DNA of 64,000 nucleotides, taken from the NCBI GenBank assembly GCA_964016885.1, contig CAXHJY010000234.1, positions 1 to 64,000 on the forward strand, read 5' to 3'. Positions 61,179 to 64,000 of the stretch are shown here, one piece after another; positions within the stretch are counted from its first letter, which is position 1, and each line of letters opens with the position of its first letter. This stretch comes from Eledone cirrhosa. Taxonomy: Eukaryota. The translations under genes and the position numbers were made by a program. The notes beneath the pieces are model-generated. The model made no database searches. It worked only from the letters and a program-made list of their open reading frames with translations, and was not told the DNA's origin.

Positions 61179-63570
61179 CAGTGAACACAAATGTTGATTA
61201 GCAAACAGAAGTATACAATAATGAAAGTATTTGAAAAAATTAAAATAATCAGCAAGAAGAGAGAAAAAGGTAGGAATGAAGAAAATAAAAATAGGAGGAA
61301 GGGAGAACAAACTCTGCAGTCCATCTCAGATGTGTCCTACAAACAAGTTGGTGAAAGCATTGCTTCATAAAACAGCCAGCAACACCTGCTGCATCAGCTA
61401 TTCCACCTCACAGGGCTTCTTCCTCAGGCAAAAGACCCTCCTCCTGATTTTGCAGAGGAAACTGGTACTCCAAGAACTGAAGAGATATGAAGTCACCATC
61501 CATAGCACATGAAGGAATCTGTTTAGTCAATGCCCTGGTTATCTAAAGCATATTTTATGAGACAAAATGAAAATAGTCCACTTCTGCTAGTTTATTTATT
61601 TTACGTTTTCATATTTATTTATTTTATTACCTATATATTTATATACAAGCACCTGCTTTGTAATAACAATGTACTTTGCAACTTAATTGTTATTCTGGTG
61701 ACTTTAGTTAATCTTTAAACTAATTACTAGCTTTGCTTACTACTAAAGTAGTGAGGGGAAGCATTTGTTATATTCTACTATGATATAGCAATAAATAAAC
61801 TATATTCATATATGTCACACCCTTACAAGCACGCAGGGAAACGCAGACGTAAAATGATGATGATGATGATGATGTCACTAGTACATAACCCATTGTTATA
61901 TGGTTAGAGTAACTAATATTTGGATTTTTCACTTCACCAAAGCTATGTTTGGGAATATGTACACGCATACACGTGACTGAATACATGCTTTTTTCTCTAA
62001 AAGATTTTATTTCTCATGCCATCTTCTGATGGACAAACATCTGAAACCTTAACACTCTTTTCCTACTACATCAAGCATTAAACTAATATATACCTTCATT
62101 GTGCTGTATTGTTGTCCCCCCCCCCCCCCCCCCACACGCGCGCGTGCTCTCGCTCGCTCTCTCTCTCTCTCTCTCAATAAAACCATTTACAACCTTCAAG
62201 GCAAACACCATATTCATGATAAGAAAGTTGATAAAAACAACAGAGTTTAGGGAATCAAATGATGAACAACATCAAGAAAAAACTGGCTCTTTTGATGTCA
62301 ACCCACATGAGACTGCCTCTGGTTCTATAATATTAAATTTCCTGTTTTAAAGTATTCATATCTAAATTAAGCCTCCAATTATAATATGTAAGAAACTTTG
62401 TGATAAATTATGTTCTAAATTCTAAATGTATGAACTCCTGGTGGAATCATAGTGGTGCCGTAGTGTCATACAGTGTTTCTTGGACATTTTCTAAACCTGG
62501 TGGAGCTCATCTTCTCTTTAGGTCTGAACACAGCATATTTCTTCCAAAGAAGCATAGAGAGTGTGACAGAGAAAAAGTGAGAAAGGTATAGAGGAAGAAT
62601 TGACACCAGTACTGGACTGGTACTTTTTTTTATCAACCTCGAAAGAATGAAAGGCAAAGTTGACCATGGCGAGATTTGAACTCAGAATGTTCTAAATACA
62701 AGCTAAATAAAAAAAATAAATGTAACCCTTTTACTAACCCCATTAATACCAAACCACCTGAAAATTTGTGGTATTTTATGCAAAACTGTTTGTTATAAAA
62801 GTGTGTTTGTATTTATCTAAAAACCTTCCATTGTAATTCTGTGAGGAACTTGAAGTTATGTTCCAAACACTAGCTTAATAATCTGACAGTTAAGAGAGTA
62901 TTGTAGTTTGCTTAAAACATTCTGTTATTTGAAAGCAATACAAAATGGATGGTAGATTTTGGAATAAATTGAAGGCAACAAAGATGTTGGTGTGTCACCT
63001 ATTATTTTATTTACCTGTCCTAATATTTCAGATCTAGAAACCCTTTGTCAGAAGACTATAATAAGAAACTGAAAGCTCGTGCTTTTGTTGTCGTTACTGG
63101 TTCACCACTTTTCTTTGTTTGTTTGTAAGCGGTGGTCTATTTATAGTTGCCGGAAAGTTAATTCACTAAATCTCCAAATTCTTGATTATTTTGAAAATAA
63201 TTTGAAAATCCTCAACAGTAATAGGGTAACAAAAGAGATGTAAATGCTTCTCAAAATTAATGGAAACATGGAACATTTCCTTAGAAGTAGGATTAGGAAA
63301 AGTAAATATAAATGCACACAGTACACTCTGTAAAGTGGTTGGTGATAGGAAGATAATCTATCTATAGAAAACTTATCAAATAAAGGATAGGAAGGACTCT
63401 TTGTGTCAAAGACATGACAACCTTTCTAGCCTTGATGTCATGATTAAATGTACCTGGTGCATTCTGGAGAGTGTCACAATGCATATAAGCGAGATGCTGG
63501 CCCCTAGCCTGTCTGAGAGATCAGTAGCTCCATTTAAGTACTGACGATCTAGGGAAAACACATTAAATAA

Positions 63571-63752
63571 TTGTTTCTACTTTTGGCACAAGGCCAGCAA
63601 TTACCCAGTACATTATTGGTACTTTATTTTATCGACCCCGTAAGGATGAAAGGCAAAGTTAACTTCGGCGGGATTTGAACTCAGACTGTAAAGGGACGTA
63701 ACTATGCTAGAAAGCATGGCGTCCGACCCTCTACCGATACTGCCAATCCACA
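63571..63752 (-). mobile_element. tRNA-derived SINE, full length
   Basis: Very similar to 28833-29012. Confidence 0.88.
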
Positions 63753-64000
63753 AATAATGATGGTTTTGTATCATAGAGCTAAGAACAATCTTAGCAAGGT
63801 TGGTAAACAGAGAAATTTAATATGACACACTGTGTAAACAATTTCCATCCACCCAATGTTACTCACAAGGTTTGAGTTGACCTGAGACTACAGTAAATGA
63901 CTCTTATCCACTAACTGGGATTGAATCTGCAACCTCTTGATAGAGGAGCAAACTTCATAAATATTCTACCATGCTTGCATTAATGGTGCAACTGAAATTA

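Noticed and set aside
61276-61512. Moderately GC-rich 78-aa ORF
   Set aside because: No domain recognised; may be a decayed transposon fragment.

Overview
Repeat-dominated, AT-rich eukaryotic genomic DNA. The SINE, RTE and microsatellite repertoire looks like a coleoid cephalopod such as octopus; this is an inference, not a database result. No host protein-coding exon could be recognised with confidence. About 18 kb is (TA)n/(TATG)n/(TACA)n microsatellite, which explains all the long Ile/Tyr-rich ORFs. The rest is a mosaic of mobile elements. These include one apparently intact CR1/L2-group LINE (about 46490-51414), two RTE families with their non-autonomous derivatives, and REX3/Expander-like, CRE-like, Gypsy-integrase and Helitron remnants, plus many tRNA-derived SINEs and MITEs. 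Highlights: (1) the intact LINE has a transcription-factor-like ORF1 (Myb/SANT-like, polyQ, two CCCH fingers) and an ORF2 with no usable ATG that overlaps ORF1 in the -1 frame across two canonical slippery heptamers; (2) several minimal type I hammerhead ribozyme motifs sit in small islands within (TA)n tracts, three of them in an inverted/tandem Penelope-like structure and one core abutting a tRNA-like cloverleaf; (3) a 48-bp unit of an RTE 3' UTR is expanded into a roughly 15-copy array; (4) the LINE insertions are consistently associated with TA microsatellites.
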